Part shown: positions 22,477 to 36,106 of the stretch, one piece after another
Layout: every line of letters begins with the position of its first letter
Position numbering within the stretch: position 1 is the first letter of the stretch
From: Williopsis jadinii
Lineage: Eukaryota
Assembly (NCBI GenBank): GCA_024346625.1
Contig: AP024665.1
Span: 1,178,001-1,242,000 of the forward strand
Reading direction: 5' to 3'
DNA: 64,000 bases
The notes under the pieces: model-generated
Database searches by the model: none
What the model was told of the DNA's origin: nothing
The model's input: only the letters and a program-made list of their open reading frames with translations
Translations under genes and position numbers: made by a program

Positions 22477-25400
22477 ATGTCCTACAATCCCTATGGGTTC
22501 CAGCAACAGGTTCCATTCCAGCAGAGCGGTTTCCAGGCCCAGGGCTTCCATCAACAGGAGCAGCCGCCAGCACAGTTGCAAAGGGTGCCAGCGCAGTTCC
22601 AGCACCCGCTGCCGCCGTCCACGCCGTCACAGGAGAGGAAGTATGACCAGCTGAGCTTTCTAAGCGAGCAGGATCAAGTGAAGTTCGAGCGGTTATTCAA
22701 CCGCCACACCGATGCCATCTCCATATCTCCAGATTCCGCAAGATCCATCTTGCTCAAGTCCAATTTGGCACCGCACAATTTGGCCCGAATCTGGGAGCTG
22801 AGCGATATAAACAAGACCGGTGATCTGCTGTTTCCTGAATTTGCACTGGCGTTGCATCTGTGTAACGTTGTTTTGAGTGGGGCCGAGCTTCCTTATCAGC
22901 TGGAGCCTCGTATCAGGAATGAGGTTTCTAACCTTGTGGATAAGATCAACTTCAACGTCCCTGAAGGTGGGGCAGTTTCGACCCAGCAGTCTGCTCATAG
23001 CACCGGTGCGCTGAGTGATGGCGATATCTTTGAGACTAATCCTGTCTCTGGCATCCAACCTCAAGGTCAGCAGCAGACTTTTCAGCAACAGCAACAGACT
23101 TTACAACAGCAGCCAACCTTTGGCTCATTCCAACAGCCTGAATTGTTCACCAGTCCACAGAAGAATCAAAACGCATTACAACAGAATGACTTCACTTCGC
23201 CTTTGAACAACCAACCTACAGGGTTTGGATTCCAAAACACTCCTTTTACACAAGGTTTTAACCAAGGCTCAACTCCTCCTTTGTCATCCAATATCATGTC
23301 AAACACGGTGCCATTGACCCAGCAGCCTCCAAGATTGGTTCCCTTAAAGTCCGAAACTACTGGTGTACCAATACAGAGACAACAGACTGGGTTACCAACC
23401 TCGTTTCAACTACAACAGGCAAATGCTGCGTCTGATTTGATCCAAACCACTCCTGGAGAAACAGCTGCATTGAATGCCCAGGCAACTGGGCTGGGTCTTG
23501 TTCCTCTAAAGATGCAACAGACTGGAACCAATGCGCAAATGCCTTTGGCTAGCCAATCAACTGGCTTTGCAAGTGGTGTTATGCCAACCACGTTCCAGAC
23601 TGGTGGACAAAGTGGTGTCAATGCTCCGTTACAACAACAAGCAACTGGATTAATCCCATTGAATTCACAGGCCACCGGCTCTCAACAATTACAGAGACAG
23701 CAAACCGGATTAATCCCATTGAATTCACAGGCTACTGGATCTCAACCACTGCAGAGACAACCAACTGGATTAGTACCATTGAACACCCAGGCTACTGGCT
23801 CTCAACCACTACAGAGACAACCAACTGGACTAGTACCATTGAACACCCAGGCTACTGGCTCTCAACCACTACAGAGACAACCAACTGGATTAGTACCATT
23901 GAACACCCAGGCTACTGGCTCTCAACCACTACAGAGACAACCAACTGGATTAGTACCATTGAATTCTCAGGCAACAGGCCAGCAGTCTCCTCCACAACCA
24001 CAGAATTTGATCCCTATTCCGACTGGAGGTGCTACTAGACTGCAACCACAGACAACAGGCTTGGTTCCATTAAGAACAGGTAATGGCCAATTTGAACCAC
24101 TAAAGGCACAAAAGACCGGGTTTGGTCAAAACAGTTTCTTTATTACAAACCTGGTTGCTCAGTCCCAAAACTATGTCAACTCTTACAGCTATTTGACAGA
24201 TGCAAAAGTCACCCCAGAGGAAAAGAAATTGTTCAACAAGATCTTTGACAATTACGATACCGAAAAGAAGGGTTTATTGAGCTCAGATATCTGTGCCGAG
24301 ATCTTTAGAAAATCTGGATTGAATCGTGAAGATTTGGAGAAGGTTTGGGATCTGATTGCCAGACCTAATCAAACTCATTTGGATAGAGAAACTTTCCAAA
24401 TGGGAATGTGGCTTGTATACAAAAGATTGAATGGAGCAGAGATTCCTAATGAATTACCAGACTCTTTGAAACCTTCGAGCATGCTGATCTTAGATGACGT
24501 GAAAAATAAAATGCGTGTTCAAAACAGTCTCAAGCCATTGAAGAAGTCAAGCCATTCAAAAATTGACGGATCAAGATTCAAGAACAATGATGATGAGTTG
24601 ATAACTTCGTCTGCAAGACACAGAAGAAGAGCTGCGCCTTCTGATAAAGTACTACACGAGGAAAAGCTGAACATCGAACAAATGAAGAAGTTAATCAACG
24701 AGAAGAAGATATTATTGGATGCATTTGAGGTTCAACGTGAAGAAGATGCTGTTGATAACGAAGAACGTGAAAGAGAGGATCTTTTGGCCATCGAGACTTT
24801 AAAGCAACAACTGAGAAACCTTCCTAAACGTACAGTTGACGATGAACGCACTCTTTTAAAGTCTAAAGTCCAGCAGTTGACGGATAACGCTCCATATCTC
24901 ATTGGGGAGATCCTATCTATGGAGAAAGCCATCCAGGCTCTTAAGTTAGAGTTGTTCAGATTGAATAATCCAAGTGCATTGATTGGAACAGGACCAAATG
25001 GTGAAATCACCGACGCTGATAGACGTAAGGCCAAAAGTAAACTGTTACTAGCACAGAAAATGGCCAAATTGACTGGTAAACCAATCGATCCAAACCTCGA
25101 GAAACTTGCCGAGGATGCTACTAGTTTAAGCACCGAGGCTGTTAAGATCCAAGAAGAGAGTTCAAAAAACCAACAGATGATTCGTGATGTCGAGAGCTCG
25201 ATCAAGGACATTTCCTCAAGTGTATTGAAAGAACTCAAGGTTGATGTTGATAATGATGAGTACAAGAAATGGGTCCTAGGGGTTGGCGTGCATCCTGAAG
25301 TGCAACAAATAGTGAAGGAGTTTAGAGTTGAAGATATTAAGCAAAGAGTTAGACCTAGTGCACCAATTGTGAACCCTCCTGTTTATGAATCACCTGTTGT

Positions 25401-25806
25401 GAGCCCTCCTGCAAATATTCCTCCTGCAATCAGCTCACCAGCTGAAGGCTCACCAACTGTTGGATCTCCAGCTAACGTCTCATCATCTCAAACTGTTTCT
25501 GGATCACAGACCGAGAGATCTTCATCAAGACCAACCTTTTCAAGCGCAGAAGAAAGAAAGGCATACATCAAAGAACAGGCAAAAAAGAAGATGCAAGAGA
25601 GAATGGCTGCACTTGGACTGAAGAGATCAACACGCACACCATCTGTGGAGTCCTCTACCATCTCAACCCCGACTGTATCGTCTCCGCTTGTGGATGAAGA
25701 TGGCTCCTCTTCTGATGACGATGAAGAGAGTTATCAAAGAATGGAAGAGATCAGAAGACGCAACAGGGAGGAAAGAGAGGCACGTATGAAAGAGCACAAT
25801 GTGTGA
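22477..25806 (+). CDS. PAN1: Endocytic scaffold Pan1 (two EH domains, LxxQxTG repeats, coiled coil)
   Basis: EH motifs (LARIWELSDINKTGDLLFPEFALALHL; FRKSGLNREDLEKVWDL), many QxTG repeats and IGTGPNGEITDADRRKAK. Confidence 0.92.
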   Translation: MSYNPYGFQQQVPFQQSGFQAQGFHQQEQPPAQLQRVPAQFQHPLPPSTPSQERKYDQLSFLSEQDQVKFERLFNRHTDAISISPDSARSILLKSNLAPHNLARIWELSDINKTGDLLFPEFALALHLCNVVLSGAELPYQLEPRIRNEVSNLVDKINFNVPEGGAVSTQQSAHSTGALSDGDIFETNPVSGIQPQGQQQTFQQQQQTLQQQPTFGSFQQPELFTSPQKNQNALQQNDFTSPLNNQPTGFGFQNTPFTQGFNQGSTPPLSSNIMSNTVPLTQQPPRLVPLKSETTGVPIQRQQTGLPTSFQLQQANAASDLIQTTPGETAALNAQATGLGLVPLKMQQTGTNAQMPLASQSTGFASGVMPTTFQTGGQSGVNAPLQQQATGLIPLNSQATGSQQLQRQQTGLIPLNSQATGSQPLQRQPTGLVPLNTQATGSQPLQRQPTGLVPLNTQATGSQPLQRQPTGLVPLNTQATGSQPLQRQPTGLVPLNSQATGQQSPPQPQNLIPIPTGGATRLQPQTTGLVPLRTGNGQFEPLKAQKTGFGQNSFFITNLVAQSQNYVNSYSYLTDAKVTPEEKKLFNKIFDNYDTEKKGLLSSDICAEIFRKSGLNREDLEKVWDLIARPNQTHLDRETFQMGMWLVYKRLNGAEIPNELPDSLKPSSMLILDDVKNKMRVQNSLKPLKKSSHSKIDGSRFKNNDDELITSSARHRRRAAPSDKVLHEEKLNIEQMKKLINEKKILLDAFEVQREEDAVDNEEREREDLLAIETLKQQLRNLPKRTVDDERTLLKSKVQQLTDNAPYLIGEILSMEKAIQALKLELFRLNNPSALIGTGPNGEITDADRRKAKSKLLLAQKMAKLTGKPIDPNLEKLAEDATSLSTEAVKIQEESSKNQQMIRDVESSIKDISSSVLKELKVDVDNDEYKKWVLGVGVHPEVQQIVKEFRVEDIKQRVRPSAPIVNPPVYESPVVSPPANIPPAISSPAEGSPTVGSPANVSSSQTVSGSQTERSSSRPTFSSAEERKAYIKEQAKKKMQERMAALGLKRSTRTPSVESSTISTPTVSSPLVDEDGSSSDDDEESYQRMEEIRRRNREEREARMKEHNV
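23641..23979 (+). repeat. 60-bp (20-aa) tandem repeat, ~5.6 copies, within PAN1
   Basis: Units start at 23641, 23701, 23761, 23821, 23881 and 23941 and encode PTGLVPLNTQATGSQPLQRQ. Confidence 0.95.
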
Positions 25807-26139
25807 CATCGATCTTGAGCACATACATACACACTATTCCATGTACTATAGACTGTAAGACACCTTTATCTGTTGTATGTTTGAAGTTGTGTAGCTGGAT
25901 GTGATGCGTGATTGGTGTCTGGATGTCCCATTCCATTGGTGTTTGGATGTATTGTGCGGAGGGCAGCGGGCGCGTATATTTCAACAGGTGTTCTTCAAGA
26001 ATGTAAACAACCTCATCTCAAAGGATGTTGAACCTTGTGGCGCGCAATGGACCAATCATCACATAGGTATCGTTATAGATCCGTTGGTCTTCCAGTGAAC
26101 CATACTGTTGATCCATTGATATTCTCTTCACCTATTCAG

Positions 26140-26688
26140 ATGCCGCTGTCACCTCCGAGCCGCGGAATGGATAGCAACGATGAGTTATACGAGGATAGAA
26201 GGAACGTGGTTTTGAACTTTGACAAGGTTGACGAGGCATTGGACCAGTGTGAGAAGCTAGAAGAAGAGATTAAGCTGAAGCTCTCCGAGTTGGCAAATGG
26301 ACACGAAGATCTAAGGAAGCTGGTGGAGGCGGAGATGGACCCACGAGGCGAGACATATCTCCCCACACCTAATGATGACTTTGACACTAAGCAGCACGTT
26401 AACAAATCTGTCGATAGGTTTACCGACATACCATCCTCACCTGAAAGCTATGATTCACAGCTGGAGTTTGACGTGAATTATAAAATTGCACAGTTTGCAC
26501 AACGTCACTTTGAGAGCCCAGACGTTCTAAAGATAAGGAATGTGTCCTCTAGGGTGATGGACTTATTAACGTACTCGGCACCAAATGACGATAAGAAGCT
26601 GATGGACCTGAGTGACGATTACAAGAGACGCAGTGACAGGGTGATACAAAATTTTGAAAGATTGATCGATGCGTACGATCGAGGCTAA
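26140..26688 (+). CDS. Uncharacterised ~182-aa acidic, coiled-coil protein
   Basis: ATG at 26140 (MPLSPPS...), with protein-like composition and heptad patterns. No family recognised. Confidence 0.6.
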   Translation: MPLSPPSRGMDSNDELYEDRRNVVLNFDKVDEALDQCEKLEEEIKLKLSELANGHEDLRKLVEAEMDPRGETYLPTPNDDFDTKQHVNKSVDRFTDIPSSPESYDSQLEFDVNYKIAQFAQRHFESPDVLKIRNVSSRVMDLLTYSAPNDDKKLMDLSDDYKRRSDRVIQNFERLIDAYDRG

Positions 26689-26769
26689 ATGGAAGAGAAA
26701 CATTTGATTCCGATATGTACAAGGGTAATGTATATTAATGTTATGTATGCTTAGCGCTCGTTGTGCGAT

Positions 26770-27168
26770 TCAGATGGCCTTTGGAGCCATTGCAACGATC
26801 TTGTTGAAGTTCTTCTCCTTCAGCTCCCTACTCACCACACTGGAGATTCTGGAACCGATAGGCTCAGAGTTCTTATTTATCAAGACACATGCATTGTCGT
26901 CAAATCTAATCGTGGAGCCATCCGGTCTGAGGATCGGCTGCTTGGTTCTAACGACAACTGCGTGTACTACATCACCCTTCTTAACACGGTTCGAAGCAGA
27001 AGCACCGGTGATTTGCGCACTGATCGGACGGGCCTTCTTGATGACACACACAATTTCATCACCAACAGACGCATAGTTCTTTGGCGACTTGCCCATCACC
27101 TTGATGCACTCCGCCATGAGCGCACCGGAGTTGTCGATCACCTTAAGCATGGACTTGAGATAAAGCAT
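26770..27168 (-). CDS. MRPL38: Mitochondrial ribosomal protein uL14m
   Basis: [16 protein letters not shown]...AVVVRTKQ...[15 protein letters not shown] at 27168. Confidence 0.95.
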   Translation of the reverse strand: MLYLKSMLKVIDNSGALMAECIKVMGKSPKNYASVGDEIVCVIKKARPISAQITGASASNRVKKGDVVHAVVVRTKQPILRPDGSTIRFDDNACVLINKNSEPIGSRISSVVSRELKEKNFNKIVAMAPKAI

Positions 27169-27883
27169 CCTTGATTCCCCCTTCCAAGATTCGTTAATAC
27201 TCCCCTTCCTTTGTATGTTACGTCCTCGAAGAAGTGTTGAAAAAAAACGAAAAAACCGGACATCTCGATCAGAAACACCACAAAACTGCAAGAAAACACC
27301 GAATGCGGAAATTATCCCTCTTCTGATTTTTCGCAACTCTCCGAGATGAATTTCAGGACAAATTACGTAAAGTTGCGAAAGGACATTTTAACGAGTTGCT
27401 CAGACGCCGAGAAGTTTCTCCGGTGCGTCAGACACGCGCTTAAAATAAACCCAAAGAATCAAAAACAACTCAGCCTTGTCGATTTCCACGCACTGCGCCA
27501 AATTTTTTGCTATATAAGCCCTTTCACAGTTCCTTCTCCCTTTCTCTTGGGGGCTGCTCGTGTTTTGTATAAAAGGACTCCAAGACATTTCCAGCTGAGT
27601 CCCTTCTCACGTCGCTCTCAATACCCTTTTTTTTCGTGATCAACCAGTTCAGTTTCACCAGAGAGCCTCATTCTCGTTCGTTTCGATACGTCTCACACGT
27701 TTGGTCCCGGGCCTCGCTTAAACTTTCAACGGTTTTTCCTGTACCCGAAGCATACACCTCGAAGCGACTTATTTTCCCGTCACAGTCAACAGCTTCTTGT
27801 CCCCTTTTCTTTCTTTTTCTCTTCCCTTGAATCTTCCTTTCGTCGCTGATCCTCGCACTGCTCATCACTGTTCTATCTCAGAG

Positions 27884-28708
27884 ATGTTCTATTATTACTT
27901 TGCACTGTGTCTGCTGAGTCTCTTCACCTGTGTTGTTGGTGATGTGTCGATCTCCAACCCAACAAAAGGCCAGACGTTTGCTGTGTCTGGCTCATCCGTC
28001 TCCGTCACAGTTACGTGGATCGAGTCCAACGCTGATCCGTTACTCACTGACTTGAACGAATATACATTCCTGGTCTGTACAGGCCCAAATAGTGACATCA
28101 ACTGTTTCGACTCAACTTCTACAACGGTCAAGGCTAGCGAGCTCTCAAGTTATTCGAAGACGATGTCCATTCCTGCGTCACTTGGTGCAGATGGGCAGTA
28201 CTACATCCAAATCTACGCAACCACAGACAACGGCTATACGATCCACTACACGTACAGATTCACATTGACGGGAATGACGGGCTCCACTGAACCAAGTGGT
28301 GATGATACGAATCCGCCAACTGCGCAAACGTCGCTAGCAGCTGACGGTGCCACTGCGGTTACAGGCACAGCACTGTCGGCTTCATTCTCGCTGCCATACA
28401 GCGAACAAACTGGGCCAACTCGGTACGCCCCAATGCAAACACAGCCTGGCACCACAGTAACTGCAACTACATGGTCTCGTCGTTTCCCAACCTCTTCAGT
28501 CACGTACTTTTCCACTCTCACAGGCGGAACCATGCTTCAACAGGTTTCCACGGTAACGCCAGGTTGGTCATACACCATTTCGTCCGCAGCAAATTGGGCA
28601 TCACCAGCACCAGACCCTAGTGATAACGGTGGCTGGTATAACCCATCTTCTAGAATCAGATCCGCGAGTCGAACCTCGTTGTCATCTTCAGCCACCTCAT
28701 CTGCTTGA
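27884..28708 (+). CDS. KRE9: Secreted beta-1,6-glucan synthesis protein Kre9/Knh1
   Basis: Signal peptide, S/T-rich body and C-terminal motifs YSEQTGPTRYAPMQTQPGT and NWASPAPDPSDNGGWY. It is adjacent to RFA3. Confidence 0.92.
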   Translation: MFYYYFALCLLSLFTCVVGDVSISNPTKGQTFAVSGSSVSVTVTWIESNADPLLTDLNEYTFLVCTGPNSDINCFDSTSTTVKASELSSYSKTMSIPASLGADGQYYIQIYATTDNGYTIHYTYRFTLTGMTGSTEPSGDDTNPPTAQTSLAADGATAVTGTALSASFSLPYSEQTGPTRYAPMQTQPGTTVTATTWSRRFPTSSVTYFSTLTGGTMLQQVSTVTPGWSYTISSAANWASPAPDPSDNGGWYNPSSRIRSASRTSLSSSATSSA

Positions 28709-28814
28709 CCACTGTTTCTCTTATTCATCATAGTCCATGTATCTACAAATACACCACTTCATAACAAATCACATACACGTAGTTATACATTAAACACACA
28801 CAATCTCCAGTTCA

Positions 28815-29165
28815 CTAATAGTCCGACTGGTCGAAAAACAGAGCAGGAGCAGACTTGTGCGTATACTTGATCAGCCCAGCCAGTGCCTTTTCGTTGATAT
28901 TCTCTCCTATGTCGGTGTTGTCAATTGCTCTCACTTCTGAAGTGCCCATCACGCGCGCCACGCATTCGTACCAACGGCCCTGCTTAAAGCTCAAATCCTG
29001 TGAATAGGTCAGATCCATCACGTTCTCGTTATTTGGCGATGGTGAATAGAACTTGATACGGTTTTCGCTTTCGTTGATGCCATCAACTCTCCCAACAACA
29101 CGCACAGTCTGTCCGTTAAACTGGTTTGCAATAGATTGGTCCACTCTTGGTGTTGGCTTGTCCAT
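28815..29165 (-). CDS. RFA3: Replication protein A 14-kDa subunit
   Basis: MDKPTPRVD...GQTVRVVGRV OB-fold protein of about 116 aa, with an MCB element upstream. Confidence 0.85.
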   Translation of the reverse strand: MDKPTPRVDQSIANQFNGQTVRVVGRVDGINESENRIKFYSPSPNNENVMDLTYSQDLSFKQGRWYECVARVMGTSEVRAIDNTDIGENINEKALAGLIKYTHKSAPALFFDQSDY

Positions 29166-29266
29166 GTTGGAATACGTAAGCTCAGGCAAATGATCCTATT
29201 CTCCAGGTTCTCTCCCTTGTTGTGGATGTGCTAAGTGTACGTGAAGTGTGTTTCCAATCCTCCGTT

Positions 29267-29278
29267 ACGCGTCGCGTT
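29267..29278. promoter_or_regulatory. MCB elements (ACGCGT plus overlapping TCGCGT) upstream of RFA3
   Basis: Motif about 100 bp upstream of a DNA-replication gene. Confidence 0.65.
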
Positions 29279-29492
29279 CGCCACTAGGGCAAGACGTGGT
29301 GTGCGGATGTGTGGGTGTGCGGATGTTTGGGTGTGCAGATGTCATCACACCATCTTCATCACCCATACAATCATATTCACATGATGGGCAGTTTATTCCA
29401 TTCAAAAGCAGAGGTACAAGGCCAATCCTCTCATATATGTACAGTTATACTTGAATGTTAGATCTATACCTATCACAATACAAAAGCAATGT

Positions 29493-30173
29493 TCATTTGG
29501 GACGCATCAGCTGGTCGAGGGCATTCTCAACTGGTGAAGGTGCTTCAACGGTTCTGTTGAGGAAGTCTTCCTCCTCTTTTGCCCGCTCTTCCGGGGATTT
29601 CTAAGATAAAATGATGTTAGTATGACTTGCTCGACAAGCTAGGCCCAATGCTGGTGGAACTCACTTTCTCCTCGGCAACTTCAACTCTTGGAGGTACGGA
29701 GAAGCGTGCATTCTTCAAGATCCTCACAAACTCATCCGTAAGCTTATACCTCTCCTGGACCTCTTCCATCGAATAGTGCTGCAGATCATCGACAATGGCA
29801 ACGAACGTACCGGGTCTGACGGTCTCCTGGGTGTCTTGCTTCAAGGCATCGTCAAGGATCTTTCTGTTTCGTAGTGTCTTCAGAGCAGGGTGCTAGAGAG
29901 CGCGTAGGGGGTGGCTGCTTGTTAGTAACACGTCCTTCAGAGAGGGCACAGAGACACACTCACGTTCTCATCAAGCTTCAGAGGAATCTCGTCCACTCTT
30001 ATACGGTTTGCGAACTGATCAGCGTTGGTGTTTCTTTCCTCGTGTGTCTTGGGCACATCGTTATTCACAAGAGGATCTGGCACGCTGATGCCCTTTGCCT
30101 CCATTCTCTTGCTAACAACACCAACGGTCTTGCTAGCTGTCTTAGGAAGACTCCGTGATACCTTCTGCCCCAT
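29493..30173 (-). CDS. Uncharacterised 181-aa protein, 3 exons (30173-29964, 29892-29665, 29600-29493)
   Basis: Two phase-0 introns (GTGAGT...TACTAAC...TAG) join the fragments into MGQKVSRSLPKTASK...LDEN/HPALKTLRNRK...AEEK/KSPEERAKEEEDF...LMRPK*. Confidence 0.8.
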
Positions 30174-30441
30174 CTTTATCACTGACTCGTCCTATGCTCT
30201 TCTGAACAGGTTGATTGCACAGTTGTTGGCACAGCAATAACAACTTCCCCGGACCGGGGGTTCTAGCATTTTTTCCGACGCCTGGCTAGACGCTCCACCA
30301 TCGCACTGGGCCAATAGCTACGCTCCAATTGCAAACCACAGTCATATTCATTTCTGCTGGTGTTCCCCTATGATATCATCATTATTTTCATTAAAGTAAA
30401 CCGTTACATATGGATGGTATAGCGACTTTCTTAGTTTCCAT

Positions 30442-32955
<2,514 letters not shown>

Positions 32956-34320
32956 CTTTGGCAGCTTTCCAACGGCTCTTTCGCTTCCAACAACGCTTGT
33001 ACACGCTCAGGTTGGCTGTGAGATCAGAGCAGCACACACACACAGGTTCTGTTTCGTGTGTGTATGGCATTGTAAGTGCCTGTGATGCTTTGGTCGAGTG
33101 TGCGGTGCTATTATGTAAGCACTGCGAGCAGACCACAATGATTATATAAGCACGGTACACACCACACTGCTTACATAATCATTCCACCCTCGCTCTCCAT
33201 CCATACACCACCGCCCCGGCTCTCCATCCACGGATACGTACACACACTTGCGCCCATCACAGTATAACGTCATAGCCTATTTGGGTTCGCCTATACACAC
33301 ACCACAGGCAGAATGTACGCGGACGGGGGGGGGGACCAGCCAATTAGAGCTGCGTTGATCGTAGATCCCACCACCGTTGGCAAAAGCGTCCAACGAGCCA
33401 CCAGCGGCCCAGCTGTGTGTACTCTCGAATCGCCTGTCCACACGCTCATTCCAGCGCTCATTGTGTGCCTTTCCCTCCACCAGCCAAGGCCTCCCCGGCC
33501 GTCACCGTCACCGTCACCGTCACCTCACGGCGCGCGCAACTGCAAACTGCAACGGCACACGCAAGACATGTGACATAAATAGCAGAAGCAATCAACCTCC
33601 CACTCGCGCTCACTCGCACTCACTCGCTCCCACTCGCTGGTGTCCTCTCCCCTCTACAATTAGTACCGATTGCTCCTGGGCAGCTGTTCAGGCTGTTCAA
33701 AACTGCAGAATTGACTGCTCACCAGCGATGGCCCAGTACTATCGGGCGTCCCCAGCTGAGCCAGTGGCCTGTGTTGCCCCCGTTGCCCCCATTGCCCCCG
33801 TTGCCCCCTCAACCGGCCTGTCTTTGTTCCACCGTACTCTCCCTCTGGATAATAGCCATAACAACAGGCGTATGTACGGGTTTTGTTACCCGACGTAGTT
33901 TTCGTGCGTGTGTGCGTGTGCGCGTGCGCGTTACGGTTTCTGCCTTAGAGTTTTCCCAGCTGCTTCCCAAAACTTTTCCCTGGCCGTTGCTTCGTTCTCT
34001 TCGCAATGCTGACAGCCCAGTGGAAGGAGACATAACTGAGCAAACCCTTCTGTCGAGCTGTTGCAAGAGGGCGAGATTGACACGTGAGGAGGCCATCTGC
34101 CGTTGATATACGCTAACAAGTGACCGTTGTCCGCTTCTGTCTCTGCATCTGTGTGTATTGTTGCTATCATAGCGATACGCTCCGTCTCGTTGCTAAGCAG
34201 GCCTATATAGTACCCACACGCTACACTCAGCACCGCGGCCGTTGCCCTAGTGGACACAGGCAGACGCCCACACACGCCGGAGCCCTCGTATACACTTGAA
34301 TATCTAGTCAATTTGGAACG

Positions 34321-35520
34321 ATGGAGACGCCAGGCCAGATCACAGCTCACAATACACACGTCTCAGGGTTACCGCTGCTGTCGCTGGTGCCCGAGGTGAC
34401 GCATTCACCAGTGATGACACCCCCGCTGCAAACGGTTTCACACTCTACAGAGCAGCAGGAGAAGGAGCGCACACAGCGTACGCTGGATATGGCGTCGATG
34501 GCGCTGAGGAACTCGAGCTCGCAGAGCATCAGCAAGCTGCCCGCCAAGTCGTCGGTGTCGAAGGGCAAGTATGGGCTGAAAGACTTCGAAGTGCTGAGAT
34601 CGTTGGGAACGGGCTCCTTTGGACGAGTCCACCTGGTGCGCTCAACGCACAACGGCAGATTCTATGCGATGAAAGTGTTGAAAAAGGATAGGGTTGTGAA
34701 GATGAAACAAGTTGAACACACAAACGACGAGAGAAGGATGCTTTCCCTGGTGGAACACCCCTTCATCATCAGAATGTGGGGCACGTTCCAGGACTCCCAG
34801 CAGCTGTTTATGATTATGGATTACATCGAAGGTGGTGAGCTGTTTACGCTGTTGAGGAAGTCCCAAAGGTTCCCAAACCCTGTGGCGAAGTTCTACGCCG
34901 CGGAGGTGTGTCTTGCGTTGGAGTACCTCCACGAGCACACCATCATTTACAGAGATTTGAAGCCTGAGAACATCCTACTGGATAGAAATGGCCATATAAA
35001 GCTCACAGATTTTGGCTTTGCTAAAGAGGTCAGAGACGTTACCTATACGCTCTGTGGAACGCCAGATTACATAGCACCGGAGGTTGTCGCTACGAAACCG
35101 TATAACAAGTCTGTGGACTGGTGGTCCTTTGGAATCCTGATATTTGAAATGTTGGCAGGCTACACCCCCTTTTATGACTCTTCACCTATGAAGACGTATG
35201 AAAATATCCTTGCCGGCAACGTTAAGTACCCTGAATTCCTACACCCAGATGCCCTTGATCTGTTGAAAAGACTGATAACAAAGAACTTGAGTGAACGGTT
35301 GGGTAATTTACAAGGAGGCACAGAGGATGTGAAGAGACACCCTTGGTTTTCAGAAGTTGTTTGGGAGAGATTACTATCAAGAGACATTGAAACGCCGTAT
35401 GAACCACCAATTCAACCAAACACCGGTGACACATCACAGTTTGATAGATATCCAGAAGAGGATACAAACTATGGAGTTGATGGTCCGGATACGTACGGCC
35501 ATCTCTTCCCAAACTTTTGA
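34321..35520 (+). CDS. TPK1: cAMP-dependent protein kinase catalytic subunit (Tpk1/Tpk3 type)
   Basis: [27 protein letters not shown] and [14 protein letters not shown], plus the AGC tail [11 protein letters not shown]. Confidence 0.93.
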   Translation: METPGQITAHNTHVSGLPLLSLVPEVTHSPVMTPPLQTVSHSTEQQEKERTQRTLDMASMALRNSSSQSISKLPAKSSVSKGKYGLKDFEVLRSLGTGSFGRVHLVRSTHNGRFYAMKVLKKDRVVKMKQVEHTNDERRMLSLVEHPFIIRMWGTFQDSQQLFMIMDYIEGGELFTLLRKSQRFPNPVAKFYAAEVCLALEYLHEHTIIYRDLKPENILLDRNGHIKLTDFGFAKEVRDVTYTLCGTPDYIAPEVVATKPYNKSVDWWSFGILIFEMLAGYTPFYDSSPMKTYENILAGNVKYPEFLHPDALDLLKRLITKNLSERLGNLQGGTEDVKRHPWFSEVVWERLLSRDIETPYEPPIQPNTGDTSQFDRYPEEDTNYGVDGPDTYGHLFPNF

Positions 35521-36106
35521 ATAGTTGTCAGCATTGGCTGACAACGATATGATCATGAATCTCTTGAAAACAACAACATAAAACCATTGTGATAATTTAA
35601 TTCGTATAGTTGTGTGTCACTGTAGAACGTCATAGTGTTCCAATATTGGGATCTTTAATCCATCTCTTGTATACAGGATGCCAAGAGTGCCGAAGAAGTC
35701 ATCATTGACAAGAGATCTCTGTGCCCAGTGCTTGACATATGCCACTGTTTCACGGGTGAATAAAACTTGGTGATGGAGAGCACTTTCTGTTTCCATAGAT
35801 GTACCGTAGCAATACATTTGAATGTATGTGGTTCCCTATTGGTTGTGTGTTCTATAATATTGTACTTGAACTTCGTCTTGCTTTGATATCACCGCCAATT
35901 GGTCTATACCTCAGTCCCCAAGTCAAGTGGTTAAGCCAATTACATGTAGATCTCGTTGATGGGAAGTGTCATTAGTAATTAAAACGATTAAGAACATGAA
36001 TATGGAAGTGAACAACAATGACAACTTCCCAGGTTCAACACCGGGTTGAATGTTCCTAAAAGACAACAGAGGGGAGGAGAAAAGAAGGCAGAATACACAC
36101 ATACAT

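Noticed and set aside
35950..36104. 3'-UTR intron after the HAL5 stop (GTATGT just after TGA)
   Set aside because: Only a TACTAAT variant and no convincing YAG follow, so it is probably chance within a (TG)-rich 3' UTR.
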